Notes: generated from the sequence alone by a model not told the origin. Counted from the stretch's first letter, positions 20,251 through 31,352 are shown. The stretch: 64,000 nt of DNA from an uncultured Chroococcidiopsis sp. (GCA_964248365.1 CAXTYC010000015.1:1-64000), one strand, 5' to 3'. Numbers and translations: made by a program.

Positions 20251-23200
20251 CTAATCTGCTCCTTCAATTGGGGCAAAACCTTGGCGTTGGATATTTTCTG
20301 TTATTGTGCGCGGTTCTAGGAATTGTAGCAAGTAGTCTGGACCACCTGCTTTAGAACCAACCCCAGAAAGCTTAAATCCGCCAAAGGGTTGTCTAGCAAC
20401 GATCGCTCCCGTAGTAGTACGATTTATATACAAGTTGCCGACTTCAAACTCATCTTGTGCCATCTGAATATGGGATGGTGTGCGAGAGTAAATTCCACCA
20501 GTCAAAGCATAGTTGGTGTTGTTAGCAACTGCGATCGCTTCTTTGAAATCCTTCACCCGAATCACAGCCACAACAGGACCAAAAATTTCCTCTTGGGCAA
20601 TTGTCGCATTGGGCGGTACATCAGTAAAGATTGTTGGACTGACAAAGTACCCGTGAAGGGGTACTGGTATTTCCAATGCTACTTGTGCTTCTTTTCGTCC
20701 TGTTTCAATATATTCCCGAATTCGATTTCTAGCATTATCATCAATTACGGGACCTACTTGAGTACCAGGTAAATGAGTTTCACCAATGTTAAGCGATCGC
20801 GTTGCTTCTACCAAGCGGTGGACAAAAGCATCATAAATCGGTTCCAACACAATCACCCTGGATGCAGCAGAACACTTTTGACCGCTGTAACCAAAAGCTG
20901 ATTGTACTACGCCAACTACAGCTTGATCTAAATCAGCACTCTCATCCACAATAATCGCATTCTTGCCGCCCATTTCAGCAATTACTCGCTTGAGGTGCTT
21001 TTGTCCTGGTTGTACAATGGCTGCATCTGCATAAATACGACAACCCACTTCTTGCGAACCTGTAAAAGCAATTAGGTGAGTATCGGGATGATTCACCATG
21101 TATGCACCGACTTTTGAACCTCTCCCTGGTACATATTGAAATACACCTTTGGGAATTCCTGCATCTACCAGAATTTCAGTCAATTTCGCCGCAATTACCG
21201 AAGATGATTCCGCTGGCTTGAGAAGAGTACAGTTACCCGCCACCAGTGCTGCTACAGTCATACCAGTAGCGATCGCTAGGGGAAAATTCCAGGGAGAAAT
21301 TACGATAGCAATTCCTCTTGGCTGGTAGTGATAACGATTCGTTTCCCCAGCGACATCATAGTTATACCCTTGATCCAGCCGTTCCATCTCCGATGCGTAG
21401 TAGCGACAGAAATCAATCGCTTCTGATACCTCTGCATCTGCTTCCCGCACAGGCTTACCGACTTCTAGCACAATCCAGGCTGATAATTCGGCACGACGTT
21501 GTTCCATCAAATCAGCCGCTTTTCGCAGTATCCCAGCTCTTTCTTTTGCTGGTGTGCGTCGCCAAGCTGGAAAGGCAGCTTTTGCTGCTTGCATCGCTTG
21601 TTGCGCTTGTTCGACACTCAAAAGCCCGACTTTACCAACTACTTCGCTGAAATTTGAGGGGTTGACAGAATCAACAATTTCTGCTGTGTTAACGTACTCA
21701 CCATTAATTAGCGGTAGATAAGTTTTACCAAGTTGTGCGCGAACATTTTGGAAAGCTCGTTTTGATTCCTCTCTTTCCTCTATTTCGGCATAATCTGTAT
21801 CCGCAGCATTGTGAAATGGGTGCGGGGTATTGTGTAGGGGAGGGTTTTTCAAGTTTGCTTGTTTTCCCATAGGTTTGTCTATTGAACCCGCCCCTACTTC
21901 TCCCACAACAGGGGGTGCTAACAATTCCTCAATCGGGCGTTCTTCTAAACTTTGCCGTAGGAAGGAACTATTAGCTGTATTTTCCAGCAAGCGGCGAATT
22001 AGATAAGCCATACCAGGCAATAGATCGCCGTAAGGACAGTAAACTCGTACTCGGTAGCCACGATCTACCAAAGCTTTTGCTAGTTTATCCCCCATGCCGT
22101 AGAGGACTTGCATTTCAAACCGACGGCGAGGTATATTGAGAGTCTGGGCGATCGCGATCCCATGAGCTTGCGATCGCACGTTATGACTACCGATTGCTGA
22201 GTATACATACTCGTGATTTTCTAGCAATAACTGGGTTATTGCCTCAAAATTAGCATCTGTTGCTGCTTTATCATTAAATACTGGTTGCTGCCAATCTTTC
22301 TGGGCTGCTTTAATAGTCTCTTGATCCCAATATGCACCCTTGACTAAACGTATCGTCAAGGGATAACCCCGCTGTTTTGCCCAGGCGATCAAATCTTTGG
22401 TATCTTGTTCGCTGTCGCGTAAGTAAGCTTGGATCGTTATACCTATATCTGTGCGGCTACGAAATTCCTCTTCCATCAATAGTTTTTTCAGGATGGAGAG
22501 AGTGATATCTTTGTAGGCGTATTGTTCCATATCGAAGTGAACAGCTACCCCTAGCTCTCCAGCGCGACGCAAGAGAGTGCGGATGCGTGAGCTTACTTTT
22601 TCCTCACTGCCTTGTGCATCTAGTGGATCAAATTGCGAGTAAAATGCTGTTAACTTGACCGATACTTGCACTGACGGCAAAGATTCACCACCAGCCTCAT
22701 CAATTTGCGCTACTGGTTTCCAAGTTTTTGACGCTTGAGTCAGCTGCGCCATCAATTCCAGGTAGTGATCTAAATACGACTGCGCCTCGGCTTCTGTGAT
22801 GACAGCTTCACCCAAAAGATCGATGCTGAAAGTCATCTTTTCCTTCCGCAGCCGCTCAATTGTCTTGATCACCTGTTGAATGTTTTCCCCAGCTATATAT
22901 TTATGTGCTAGGGTTTCCACAGCTGTACCTACTGTTGTAGCAGCCACTTGTCCAGGCATAGAATCTGGAGAGGCAAAGTTGAGCATTCCCTTTAAAGCTG
23001 CGGGGAGTTCAACTGACTCATCACTTAGATATTCTTGTAAGTGAGCAGCAATTTCTGGTTTGCTGTGTAGAGCAGGCAAACAGTCAATGAAGCGAAATAG
23101 CTGCACCCGTAGCCCTGGATTAGCCATTGCCCAAGCAAGTAGTTTATCATCCCAGCGCATAGTGTCACGCAGGGAAGCAAAAAATGATCTACTCTCCCGC

Positions 23201-23283
23201 GTCGCGGCTAAGAGTTGTTTTGCGATTTCCTGAGTTTTAGCTTCGTAGGTGCTTGTTTCTATTTGTAATACCACTGATGCCAC
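20251..23283 (-). CDS. putA: Bifunctional proline dehydrogenase / P5C dehydrogenase
   Basis: DLLGEA, RLVKGAYWD, YLIRRLLEN, ISPWNFP, EMGGKN, GQKCSA and EEIFGP motifs. Confidence 0.96.
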   Translation of the reverse strand: MASVVLQIETSTYEAKTQEIAKQLLAATRESRSFFASLRDTMRWDDKLLAWAMANPGLRVQLFRFIDCLPALHSKPEIAAHLQEYLSDESVELPAALKGMLNFASPDSMPGQVAATTVGTAVETLAHKYIAGENIQQVIKTIERLRKEKMTFSIDLLGEAVITEAEAQSYLDHYLELMAQLTQASKTWKPVAQIDEAGGESLPSVQVSVKLTAFYSQFDPLDAQGSEEKVSSRIRTLLRRAGELGVAVHFDMEQYAYKDITLSILKKLLMEEEFRSRTDIGITIQAYLRDSEQDTKDLIAWAKQRGYPLTIRLVKGAYWDQETIKAAQKDWQQPVFNDKAATDANFEAITQLLLENHEYVYSAIGSHNVRSQAHGIAIAQTLNIPRRRFEMQVLYGMGDKLAKALVDRGYRVRVYCPYGDLLPGMAYLIRRLLENTANSSFLRQSLEERPIEELLAPPVVGEVGAGSIDKPMGKQANLKNPPLHNTPHPFHNAADTDYAEIEEREESKRAFQNVRAQLGKTYLPLINGEYVNTAEIVDSVNPSNFSEVVGKVGLLSVEQAQQAMQAAKAAFPAWRRTPAKERAGILRKAADLMEQRRAELSAWIVLEVGKPVREADAEVSEAIDFCRYYASEMERLDQGYNYDVAGETNRYHYQPRGIAIVISPWNFPLAIATGMTVAALVAGNCTLLKPAESSSVIAAKLTEILVDAGIPKGVFQYVPGRGSKVGAYMVNHPDTHLIAFTGSQEVGCRIYADAAIVQPGQKHLKRVIAEMGGKNAIIVDESADLDQAVVGVVQSAFGYSGQKCSAASRVIVLEPIYDAFVHRLVEATRSLNIGETHLPGTQVGPVIDDNARNRIREYIETGRKEAQVALEIPVPLHGYFVSPTIFTDVPPNATIAQEEIFGPVVAVIRVKDFKEAIAVANNTNYALTGGIYSRTPSHIQMAQDEFEVGNLYINRTTTGAIVARQPFGGFKLSGVGSKAGGPDYLLQFLEPRTITENIQRQGFAPIEGAD

Positions 23284-23445
23284 ACTCCCAATTGTAGGCG
23301 CTTTAGTTTAAAACCCTCTATACTTATTTTCGCTTTAGATGGCGCTATTAACGCTCCTTTTGTTGAGTATTGTTAAACGTATATAAAATATTTTTTTAAA
23401 TTGTAGACTTCCTAACATTACTGCTTAGGAACAGGCAGTATTGTA

Positions 23446-24084
23446 CTAAAGTTTACAGATTGCTTTTAGTACTTGTAGTAATTGGAGCGATCGCTCAGTA
23501 TCAATCAAGTTTAGTTCTGGCAATAATTGATACGTTGGGGGATTTCCTAGCTAAAGATACACAAATCAATAACCCAATCCATTAGTAGTCAATCCCCAAA
23601 CTGACTCTTGATGCTCCAAGCTAGAGTAAGCCAATGTGAGTAGTTGCGGTAAACCCACTAAAGCTTCAGCAGTAATGTTTTTAGCTTCAACCACCAATAT
23701 CCAAAATGGTGTAGCTGTTATTTTTCCTTCAGTCCTATTAACAGCTAAAATATCAATCCTTCCTTTGATGCTTGTATCTTCATCTTCAATGGAAATTTCA
23801 GCGATATTCTCTTCTAGAGTTATTTTAATATTCTGCTGATAGAAGCCTGCTAACCACATTAAGGGAGCGAAAAACAAGAATTTAACCCCACCTTCGGAGA
23901 TTTTACCCTCACAGTAGTAGTTATCAAAGTTAGCGCGTATTTTTTCTAATTCTTGTATATCAATTTCTGTCAGTAGTTCCAGGGACACTAAGGATGTAAA
24001 TGAGTTATTAAGCCGTCTCTCTAATTCTAAAAGACGATGAACTTCTTTTAGAGTTAAATTTTTAGAGTCTATAGTTGTTGTCAT
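23446..24084 (-). pseudogene. PD-(D/E)XK / type I restriction enzyme R N-terminal-like protein with two premature stops
   Basis: GRIDILAV, VVEAK, GLPQLL and WGLTTNG motifs. The frame continues Y*FVYL*LGNPPTYQLLPELNLID...VLKAICKL* to 23446. Confidence 0.75.
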
Positions 24085-24407
24085 TGATTTTCAGGTAATG
24101 ACCGAACTATCTATGCTCTCATAAAGCTGTAGTTGATCGAGGAACTAGTAAAACAAAAAACTGCTATTTCTAATTAAGCAAAATATTTTATACTTTTGTG
24201 TTTTAAGCATAAGATACAATGATTTCAAAACTTGTTAAAAAATACTGCATGAAGCTTATATTTTCTAATATATAATAACGGATGTCTAAATTTAGTGAAA
24301 AGCATTACGAATTAGATTTTAATTTTTTGGAGTTATTAATTCATTTTTTTACTTAGCATTTATGAAACTTAAGATATGTTTTATTTGAGTTTAAATCAGG
24401 CATTAAT

Positions 24408-25139
24408 TTAATATGGATGGGCTTGGAGCCAAACTGCAATCTCCGGTATTCTACTTACAGTCTTTTTCAATACATCAAGTTTTGGATATGACTTTAAAAG
24501 ATTTTTTGAAGGTTGATAAGGTCCAAAAGGTTCTGGTATGTAGAAAAATGTAGATGGAGTTTTCCACAAATTTGCAGCTTCATCTAACGTACATAAAATG
24601 TCAAATACTGCCAGATCAGCCCAAGTTGGTGAAGAGCCGATGAGAAATGAAGAGCCTGAATTGTGTGCAATCATCTGCTCAAACCTTTCTAAATGCATGG
24701 ATACAGGCACGTTAAAGTATTCTTCGATCTGCTTTACTCTAACTGATGGCTCTTTCATTTTCATTTTTAGTCGACCATTTTCTACAACTCGGTCAACATA
24801 ACAGCCGTATAACAAGTCCAACAAATCTCTCCATGCGTCAACCACCATATCTGACATAGCTGCCTGTACGCTATCTGATGGGTACAGCCCTGCTTGTCGC
24901 GCAGCATACCGTGCAATTGCACATGATTGACTGAGCGTAGTGCCACCAACTTTAAGAGCAGGGAGTTGGTCGAAGGGAAGCTCTTTACTATTAAGCATTC
25001 GCGCGTATTCTTGAAAAGATAATGCTTTATCTTCAAATGCAACATTCCCAAAAATGAAAATAAGGCGTGGAAGCTCTGCTCTGCCCTTGCCGTCACTGAA
25101 GTACCATAAAGCTGGACGCGAAATTGTCATTGTAGGCAA
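24408..25139 (-). CDS. Glutathione S-transferase, sigma-class-like
   Basis: LWYF..GKGRAELPRLIF, FED, LPFDQLPAL, SQSCAIARY and GSSPTWADLAVF motifs. Confidence 0.88.
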   Translation of the reverse strand: MPTMTISRPALWYFSDGKGRAELPRLIFIFGNVAFEDKALSFQEYARMLNSKELPFDQLPALKVGGTTLSQSCAIARYAARQAGLYPSDSVQAAMSDMVVDAWRDLLDLLYGCYVDRVVENGRLKMKMKEPSVRVKQIEEYFNVPVSMHLERFEQMIAHNSGSSFLIGSSPTWADLAVFDILCTLDEAANLWKTPSTFFYIPEPFGPYQPSKNLLKSYPKLDVLKKTVSRIPEIAVWLQAHPY

Positions 25140-25175
25140 GAATGTTAAAAACCGACTATTAGTTCATCCTACATC

Positions 25176-25290
25176 ATGATAGAATTAGATATAAAAGTTA
25201 GAGTGGCTAATATTGACGATATAGACTTAATTCTTAGCTTTATCGCTCAAAAAGCTGAATTTGATGGGTGTCCTCATGCAGTAGGTGTGC
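25176..25290 (+). pseudogene. Probable N-terminal fragment of a GNAT acetyltransferase
   Basis: IKVRVANIDDIDLILSFIAQKAEFD resembles a GNAT N-terminus; the similarity stops abruptly. Confidence 0.45.
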
Positions 25291-25438
25291 AAATATTAGA
25301 ACGCACAAGACTTTGTAGAGTTAATCGAGCGACAATTAATAAACTAGCGCGATCGCACAAGTCTTGCAAATAAAAATTTAGTATAGTAGTCAGGATTTAT
25401 AAGGCGATCGCTATTCGCAAAAAAAATAGTTATTACCA

Positions 25439-25804
25439 CTACTGGGGCAGTGGTAAATTAATAATCTGGTCTTGATATTCATCATCAAAAGAATCCTGGG
25501 CAATTAAAATTAATTCCTCAATGGTCTGACCGATAGTTAGATTACGATTGAGAATTAAAATTCCTGGTATATGACGACCTTGTGCAATATGATCAGCCAA
25601 ATGTACAGGCATAGATTTGCGGTTATTTGTGACTAATACGAAATTATGCTCTTCACACCAACACAAAATTTCTGGATCTAGTGTACTTTTAGGAGGAGTA
25701 GCAGGTTCTCCGACTACCCAGACAACTAAATCAGGTTTTTGCCGTCGGAGTTGAACCTGATACAGAGGAGCAACATTTTCATCCAGCAGGTATTTGAGCG
25801 TCAT
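25439..25804 (-). CDS. DUF5615/PIN-like toxin
   Basis: YLLDENV, LDPEIL.WC, VLVTNN and HIPGILIL motifs. The real start may be the ATG overlapping the antitoxin 3' end. Confidence 0.8.
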   Translation of the reverse strand: MTLKYLLDENVAPLYQVQLRRQKPDLVVWVVGEPATPPKSTLDPEILCWCEEHNFVLVTNNRKSMPVHLADHIAQGRHIPGILILNRNLTIGQTIEELILIAQDSFDDEYQDQIINLPLPQ

Positions 25805-26132
25805 TTACTTTCTTCATTGCTTCTCGTTCAGCTTTCAGTTTCATCAGTTTGACTACAACTGGTGGGGGATTACGACGCTGTTCTTCCTGCATTTTGTGAC
25901 TCCACTCCAACCAATTTGTTATATAAGCGCTTACCGCTTCTTTATTGTGCAAATAATAAAGAATCGTTGCATAAACTTGTTCCAACGTTAGTGATGTGTA
26001 GATATTGGCAATTTCCTCTGGAGTCCGAGCGCGATAGATGTACTCATAAAGGATAGTTTCAATTCCTACCCTTGTACCTTTCACCCGAATATCATCAGGA
26101 CGTTGAAAATCAAAATAATCTTCTAGTTGCAT
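25779..26132 (-). CDS. DUF433 antitoxin
   Basis: IRVKGTRVGIETIL, TPEEIA..Y.SLTLEQVYATILYY; overlaps the PIN gene. Confidence 0.85.
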   Translation of the reverse strand: MQLEDYFDFQRPDDIRVKGTRVGIETILYEYIYRARTPEEIANIYTSLTLEQVYATILYYLHNKEAVSAYITNWLEWSHKMQEEQRRNPPPVVVKLMKLKAEREAMKKVNDAQIPAG

Positions 26133-26655
26133 TTTTCGCCTTTTTATCTATTGATGAAACTATCTTATATCTTGGCAAAATACTCTTGCAGCAAAATGAG
26201 GCGATTATATACTTGCTTGTTGCTGGATTTGTTGTAGGTGAGGCAGAAGTTGTCTGGTTCCACTTCCAATCACCCCCGAAGAGAACAAAAGTATGCAGTT
26301 TTACTCACTTTGCTTTTGCTTTTCTCTTCCTTCTATCACTTACGAATGTCCATTGTAAATTCTTGAACATCAAACTTATATCGTTGACCTGGTTGTTCGT
26401 CTGCTCTACCTAATCTTTTTGAAATCCTGTCAATGCAATACCCCATTTTTTAATTTTAGATTTTGGATTAGTGTCGCGCGCTCGTCGCAAAGGCGCTAAG
26501 ATAAAAAGTCTGTGCTATAGTCCCTCTGCTTTCTTCCCCAAACCCCCAGCCCCTCCCCGTTTAAATAATCTGCCATATCTACATTTCCCGTGCTAACCTG
26601 TTGGGCATCATTCCTCTGATACACTTGTTCTTCAAACTCCAACTGACCAGCACTC

Positions 26656-29600
26656 ATGGTCTATATCAAGCGCGTCGAACTATCCAACTTCAAATCTTTC
26701 GGTGGTACAACAAAAATACCACTGCTGCCAGGATTTACTGTCGTGTCGGGACCAAATGGTTCTGGTAAATCCAATATTCTAGATGCTCTACTATTTGCCC
26801 TTGGTCTTGCTAGCTCTAGGGGAATGCGAGCAGAACGCCTACCCGACTTAGTTAACCACGACCAGAGCAACCGAGGACGCTCTACGGTAGAAGCTAGCGT
26901 CAGCGTTACGTTTGATTTGGAGGAGGAGCAGGAAAGCAGGGGGAGAGAGGAGAAAATTCAATCCAATAACCAAAATTCCCTAGCCCCTCAAGAATGGACT
27001 GTCACTCGCAAGCTACGAGTTAGCCATCAAGGTACTTACACCTCGACGTATTACATCAATGGCTCATCCTGCACTCAGACGGAACTCCATGAGCAGCTAA
27101 ATCGGCTAAGGATTTATCCCGAAGGTTACAACGTCGTGCTGCAAGGGGATGTGACTAGTATCATTTCTATGCATTCGCGTGAACGGCGGGAAATTATTGA
27201 TGAATTGGCTGGGGTGGCGACATACGATCGCAAGATTTCCCAAGCAAGACTTACATTAGATGAAGTTAAAGAGCGGGAAGACCGCTGTCGCATTATCGAA
27301 ACAGAACTCATCCGCGAACGCGATCGCCTCTCTCACGATCGCATTCAAGCTGAAAAATATCGCCTTCTTCGCACCGAATACCAACAAAAGCAACAGTGGG
27401 AAGCGGTTTTAGTGTGGCGAAGTCTTCAACAACAACAAGAAAATCTGATTGCCCAAATTCAAGCAGGCGATCGCACCCAGACACAATTAACTACCCAGAT
27501 CTCTGCTCTTAATTCAGACATTCAACAGCTTACAGACGAGTTAAATCAACTCAATGCACAAGTTAAATCTCTGGGAGAAGAAGAACTTCTGACTTTACAA
27601 TCTACCCTTGCGACTGAGGAAGCCGAACGACGACAACTACAGCGCCAGCAGCAAGAACTATTCCAGCAGGAGTGTACTACTCACAATAGCATAAAACAAA
27701 AAAAATTAGAAATTCAACAACACGAACTTTCCCTAGAACAACTAAAGCAACAAAAACAGCAAGTAGAAACGATTCTGCTTGACACGTTAAAACAACAACG
27801 AGATGAAGCCCAACAAGCTTTAGATCAAAGTCGCATAGAAGCAAGTGCGATCGCCGATGCTAGCTCAGCTTGGGCGGAGCAACATACAGCCCTCAGCCGC
27901 CAAATCGAAAGCCTTTTGCAAACCGTAGAACCTCAGCGCACAGAACAAGCGAAGCTAAAAGAGCGCTATAACCAATTAGAACGGCTTATTCAAGAGCAAA
28001 CACTTTTAATTCAAACTCTAGAGCCAGAAATTGCCGAAAAACAAACTCAATTGGCTAATTTAGAAACTCTTTTAATCGCTCAGGCAACCCAAATTGAATC
28101 TATCTCGCAATCTTTAACAGCTACAGAAACAGAACTGCAAATCGGTCAGCAAACCCAAAATCGCTTACTGCAAGAGCAAAGAGAAAAACAACGCGCTTTA
28201 GATAAATTGGAAGCTCAATCCCAAGCATTGCAAGAAACCCAAGGAACGTATGCAACCAAACTCATCCTACAATCAGGGCTGGGTGGTGTGTGTGGATTGG
28301 TGGCACAGCTAGGAAAAGTAGAACCCCGATATCAATTAGCTTTGGAAATATCAGCAGGGGCGCGGTTGGGACATTTAGTGGTCGAAGATGACAGTATTGC
28401 CGCCGCCGGAATTGAACTACTCAAACAAAAACGGGCTGGTAGGGCGACTTTTTTACCCTTGAATAAAATTCAAGCGCCTCGATTTTCTCCCTCCGCGTCT
28501 TTGCGCTATGCGAATGGATTTATAGACTATGCAATTAATCTAATTGAGTGCGAATGCCGCTATCAAGATGTGTTTGCCTACGTTTTTGGCAGTACAGTCG
28601 TATTTGCCGATTTGGACGCAGCTAGGCGCTATCTAGGACAACATCGGATCGTTACTTTGGCAGGGGAATTACTTGAAGCTAGTGGGGCGATGACAGGTGG
28701 TAGTAGCAGCCATTCTGGGATGCATTTTGGTACAAGTGAGGCGACAGAATCAGACGAAATTGCTCTTTTGCGCGATCGCCTGCAAGAAATTGAGCGAATT
28801 CTAGTTCGTTGTGGAGAAAAAATTAATTCCCAAGCTGGCAAGGTAAAACATTTATCTCAAGAACTGACAGAGGCAAAGGCGGGGTACAGGGAAAATCAGC
28901 TTTATAAGGAACAGTTACACAAAGAAATTAGAAATTTGACGCAGCAAGTCGAAATCGGGCGATCGCAACACAGCCAAACTACTCAACAACTAGCTACCGC
29001 CTCTTCTCGCCTACAAGTCTTAGACCAAAATTTACCATCTGGGGAGGCGCAATTACAACAACTGCGACTTGCCTTGAGTGAATTAGAACAATCTCAAACT
29101 AATAGCCAGTGGCAACAAATCGGGGCGACAATTAGAAATCAAGAGCAACAATTGCAAGAATGTACTGAAGCGCTAGGAAATGCCCAGCAACAGCTAAAAG
29201 ATCTAGAAAATCAATGCCAGCGGAGGCAAGAGAAAATTCAGGAATGTCTAGAGCGATCGCAAGATTATCAGCAACAGCAAATAGATTTACAGGATAAGCT
29301 GGCAATTGTCAATACCCAAATGGAAGAAAATAGCAAACATATAGAGCTGATTGGAGCTGATTTGAAATTGCTCGAACAGCGGATGCAAACCCAAAGACAA
29401 GAACGTGATCGCACTGAACAGAAACTGCGCGAAATGGAGCGAAATGGGCAACAGCTAGAATGGCAACAGCAAAAACTCCAAGAAACTCACAATCAAAGGC
29501 GCGAGGAACTAGGTTGCTTGCTTCCTCAGATCCAAGCCCAGGCGGCGGAATTACCCTCACCAGTGCCAGAAGTACCAGAAGGGGTAAATTTAGAACAACT

Positions 29601-30228
29601 GCAAAAAGAGATCCGAAGTCTTGCCAAACGCCTCGAAGCAATGGAACCAGTCAATATGCTGGCTTTGGAAGAATACGAACGTACTAATAACCGCCTGAAT
29701 GAACTGAGTCAAAAATTAGTAACATTAGAAGCCGAACGTACCGAATTACTATTGCGGATTGAAAATTTTACTACACTCAGGCAACGTGCATTTAGCGAAG
29801 CCTTCGATGCTGTGAATCAAAACTTTCAGACAATATTTGCCACCCTATCAGAAGGTGATGGCTATCTGCAACTAGACGATCTCGAAGATCCATTTAACAG
29901 CGGACTGAACTTAGTTGCACACCCGAAAGGCAAACCTGTACAACGGCTAGCTTCCATGTCTGGAGGTGAAAAATCTTTGACTGCACTGAGCTTTATCTTT
30001 GCCTTGCAACGCTATCGCCCCTCACCTTTTTATGCTTTTGATGAAGTTGATATGTTTCTAGACGGGGCAAACGTAGAACGATTAGCTACAATGATCGAAC
30101 AGCAGGCTAAACAAGCACAGTTTATTGTAGTGAGTCTGCGCCGACCCATGATAGAATCTGCCGAACGTACCATAGGCGTTACACAAGCACGAGGAGCTTA
30201 TACCCAAGTTTTAGGACTAAAATTGTAG
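26656..30228 (+). CDS. smc: Chromosome segregation protein SMC
   Basis: Walker A GPNGSGKSN, hinge GRATFLPL, signature MSGGEKS, Walker B/D-loop FDEVD. Confidence 0.97.
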   Translation: MVYIKRVELSNFKSFGGTTKIPLLPGFTVVSGPNGSGKSNILDALLFALGLASSRGMRAERLPDLVNHDQSNRGRSTVEASVSVTFDLEEEQESRGREEKIQSNNQNSLAPQEWTVTRKLRVSHQGTYTSTYYINGSSCTQTELHEQLNRLRIYPEGYNVVLQGDVTSIISMHSRERREIIDELAGVATYDRKISQARLTLDEVKEREDRCRIIETELIRERDRLSHDRIQAEKYRLLRTEYQQKQQWEAVLVWRSLQQQQENLIAQIQAGDRTQTQLTTQISALNSDIQQLTDELNQLNAQVKSLGEEELLTLQSTLATEEAERRQLQRQQQELFQQECTTHNSIKQKKLEIQQHELSLEQLKQQKQQVETILLDTLKQQRDEAQQALDQSRIEASAIADASSAWAEQHTALSRQIESLLQTVEPQRTEQAKLKERYNQLERLIQEQTLLIQTLEPEIAEKQTQLANLETLLIAQATQIESISQSLTATETELQIGQQTQNRLLQEQREKQRALDKLEAQSQALQETQGTYATKLILQSGLGGVCGLVAQLGKVEPRYQLALEISAGARLGHLVVEDDSIAAAGIELLKQKRAGRATFLPLNKIQAPRFSPSASLRYANGFIDYAINLIECECRYQDVFAYVFGSTVVFADLDAARRYLGQHRIVTLAGELLEASGAMTGGSSSHSGMHFGTSEATESDEIALLRDRLQEIERILVRCGEKINSQAGKVKHLSQELTEAKAGYRENQLYKEQLHKEIRNLTQQVEIGRSQHSQTTQQLATASSRLQVLDQNLPSGEAQLQQLRLALSELEQSQTNSQWQQIGATIRNQEQQLQECTEALGNAQQQLKDLENQCQRRQEKIQECLERSQDYQQQQIDLQDKLAIVNTQMEENSKHIELIGADLKLLEQRMQTQRQERDRTEQKLREMERNGQQLEWQQQKLQETHNQRREELGCLLPQIQAQAAELPSPVPEVPEGVNLEQLQKEIRSLAKRLEAMEPVNMLALEEYERTNNRLNELSQKLVTLEAERTELLLRIENFTTLRQRAFSEAFDAVNQNFQTIFATLSEGDGYLQLDDLEDPFNSGLNLVAHPKGKPVQRLASMSGGEKSLTALSFIFALQRYRPSPFYAFDEVDMFLDGANVERLATMIEQQAKQAQFIVVSLRRPMIESAERTIGVTQARGAYTQVLGLKL

Positions 30229-30320
30229 CCCTCTTACAACTACGTTTAGGGTTTTGTTAATAATAGTATTGTTAGTTATTTGATTATAAACCGGATTCGA
30301 GATCAGGACTCCGCATAGCA

Positions 30321-31304
30321 ATGACCTCTGAAAACATTATTAAACGCTCCGACATCTTGAACACCAAGGTGATTACAGATGACAACGCCAAAGTACTAGG
30401 GTTAGTCAGTCAATTATGGGTGGACATTGATCGACGAGAGGTTGTAGCTCTTGGTTTGCGAGACAACCTGATCGCATTCGCCAGTGTTCCCCGATATATG
30501 TTCCTCAGTAGCATACGTAAGATCGGCGATGTCGTCCTGGTAGATAACGAGGATGTAATTGAAGACATCGACGTTGAGGCTTACAGTAGCTTAGTCAACT
30601 GTGAAGTAATTACAGAAACAGGTCAACTGTTGGGTCGGGTGCGCGGCTTTACCTTCAACGGTGAAACTGGTAAGATTTACTCGTTAATTATTGCTTCTTT
30701 TGGTTATCCCCAAATTCCCGATCAAGTTCTGAGTACCTACGAGTTGCCAATTGAAGAAATTGTTAGCAGTGGTCCAAATCGACTAATTGTATTTGAGGGA
30801 GCAGAAGAGCGAGTAAACCAGTTAACCGTAGGGTTACTAGAACGCCTTGGTATTGGTAAAGCACCTTGGGAGCGAGATGAAGAATATTATACTCCCTCTA
30901 CAATTAAACCGGAAAATCAGCTAAGCAGTGGTGTACCGTTACAAGCACCAAAAGCGCAACCGATGCGTGTTCCTCAAACCGTAGTTCAGGAAACTTGGGA
31001 TGAGGATGATTACGAATACGAGCCAGTGCAACCCGCTGTTCAGCCTCAGCCATTGCGTCAACGCCAGTACGAAGCAATACAGTACGAGGAGGATTTAGAG
31101 GAAGAGGAAAATTGGAGTGAAGCAACAGCAAGCGATCGCACACCACCAGCACGGGGATATTCCGAACCAAAACCCTATCAGCCGAAGCAATACGAAGAAG
31201 ACTACGATGAATTAGAAGAAAATCCTTGGGATGACGAGCCAAAACCGCTCAATATTCCCAAGAAAACTAAACAGCCAGAATACGAAGAAGAAAGCGGATA
31301 TTAA
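30321..31304 (+). CDS. PRC-barrel domain protein with acidic tail
   Basis: Two PRC-barrel-like repeats (VITETGQLLGRV) and a long D/E/P-rich C-terminus. Confidence 0.85.
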   Translation: MTSENIIKRSDILNTKVITDDNAKVLGLVSQLWVDIDRREVVALGLRDNLIAFASVPRYMFLSSIRKIGDVVLVDNEDVIEDIDVEAYSSLVNCEVITETGQLLGRVRGFTFNGETGKIYSLIIASFGYPQIPDQVLSTYELPIEEIVSSGPNRLIVFEGAEERVNQLTVGLLERLGIGKAPWERDEEYYTPSTIKPENQLSSGVPLQAPKAQPMRVPQTVVQETWDEDDYEYEPVQPAVQPQPLRQRQYEAIQYEEDLEEEENWSEATASDRTPPARGYSEPKPYQPKQYEEDYDELEENPWDDEPKPLNIPKKTKQPEYEEESGY

Positions 31305-31322
31305 TTCACCTCTCCCCTCATT

Positions 31323-31352
31323 GTAGAGACGTAGCAGTAACTACGTCTCTAC
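31323..31352. repeat. GTAG-type REP-like palindrome; related copies at 34957-34986 and ~63100-63142
   Basis: GTAGAGACGTAG-N6-CTACGTCTCTAC. Confidence 0.7.

Noticed and set aside
23446..23570. Stop-codon readthrough or recoding
   Set aside because: Two different stops in a dispensable gene, with normal code elsewhere; pseudogenisation is the simpler explanation.
26072..26450. 113-aa plus-strand ORF or a minus-strand gene remnant
   Set aside because: No recognisable motif; it overlaps the DUF433 gene antisense and cannot be supported.
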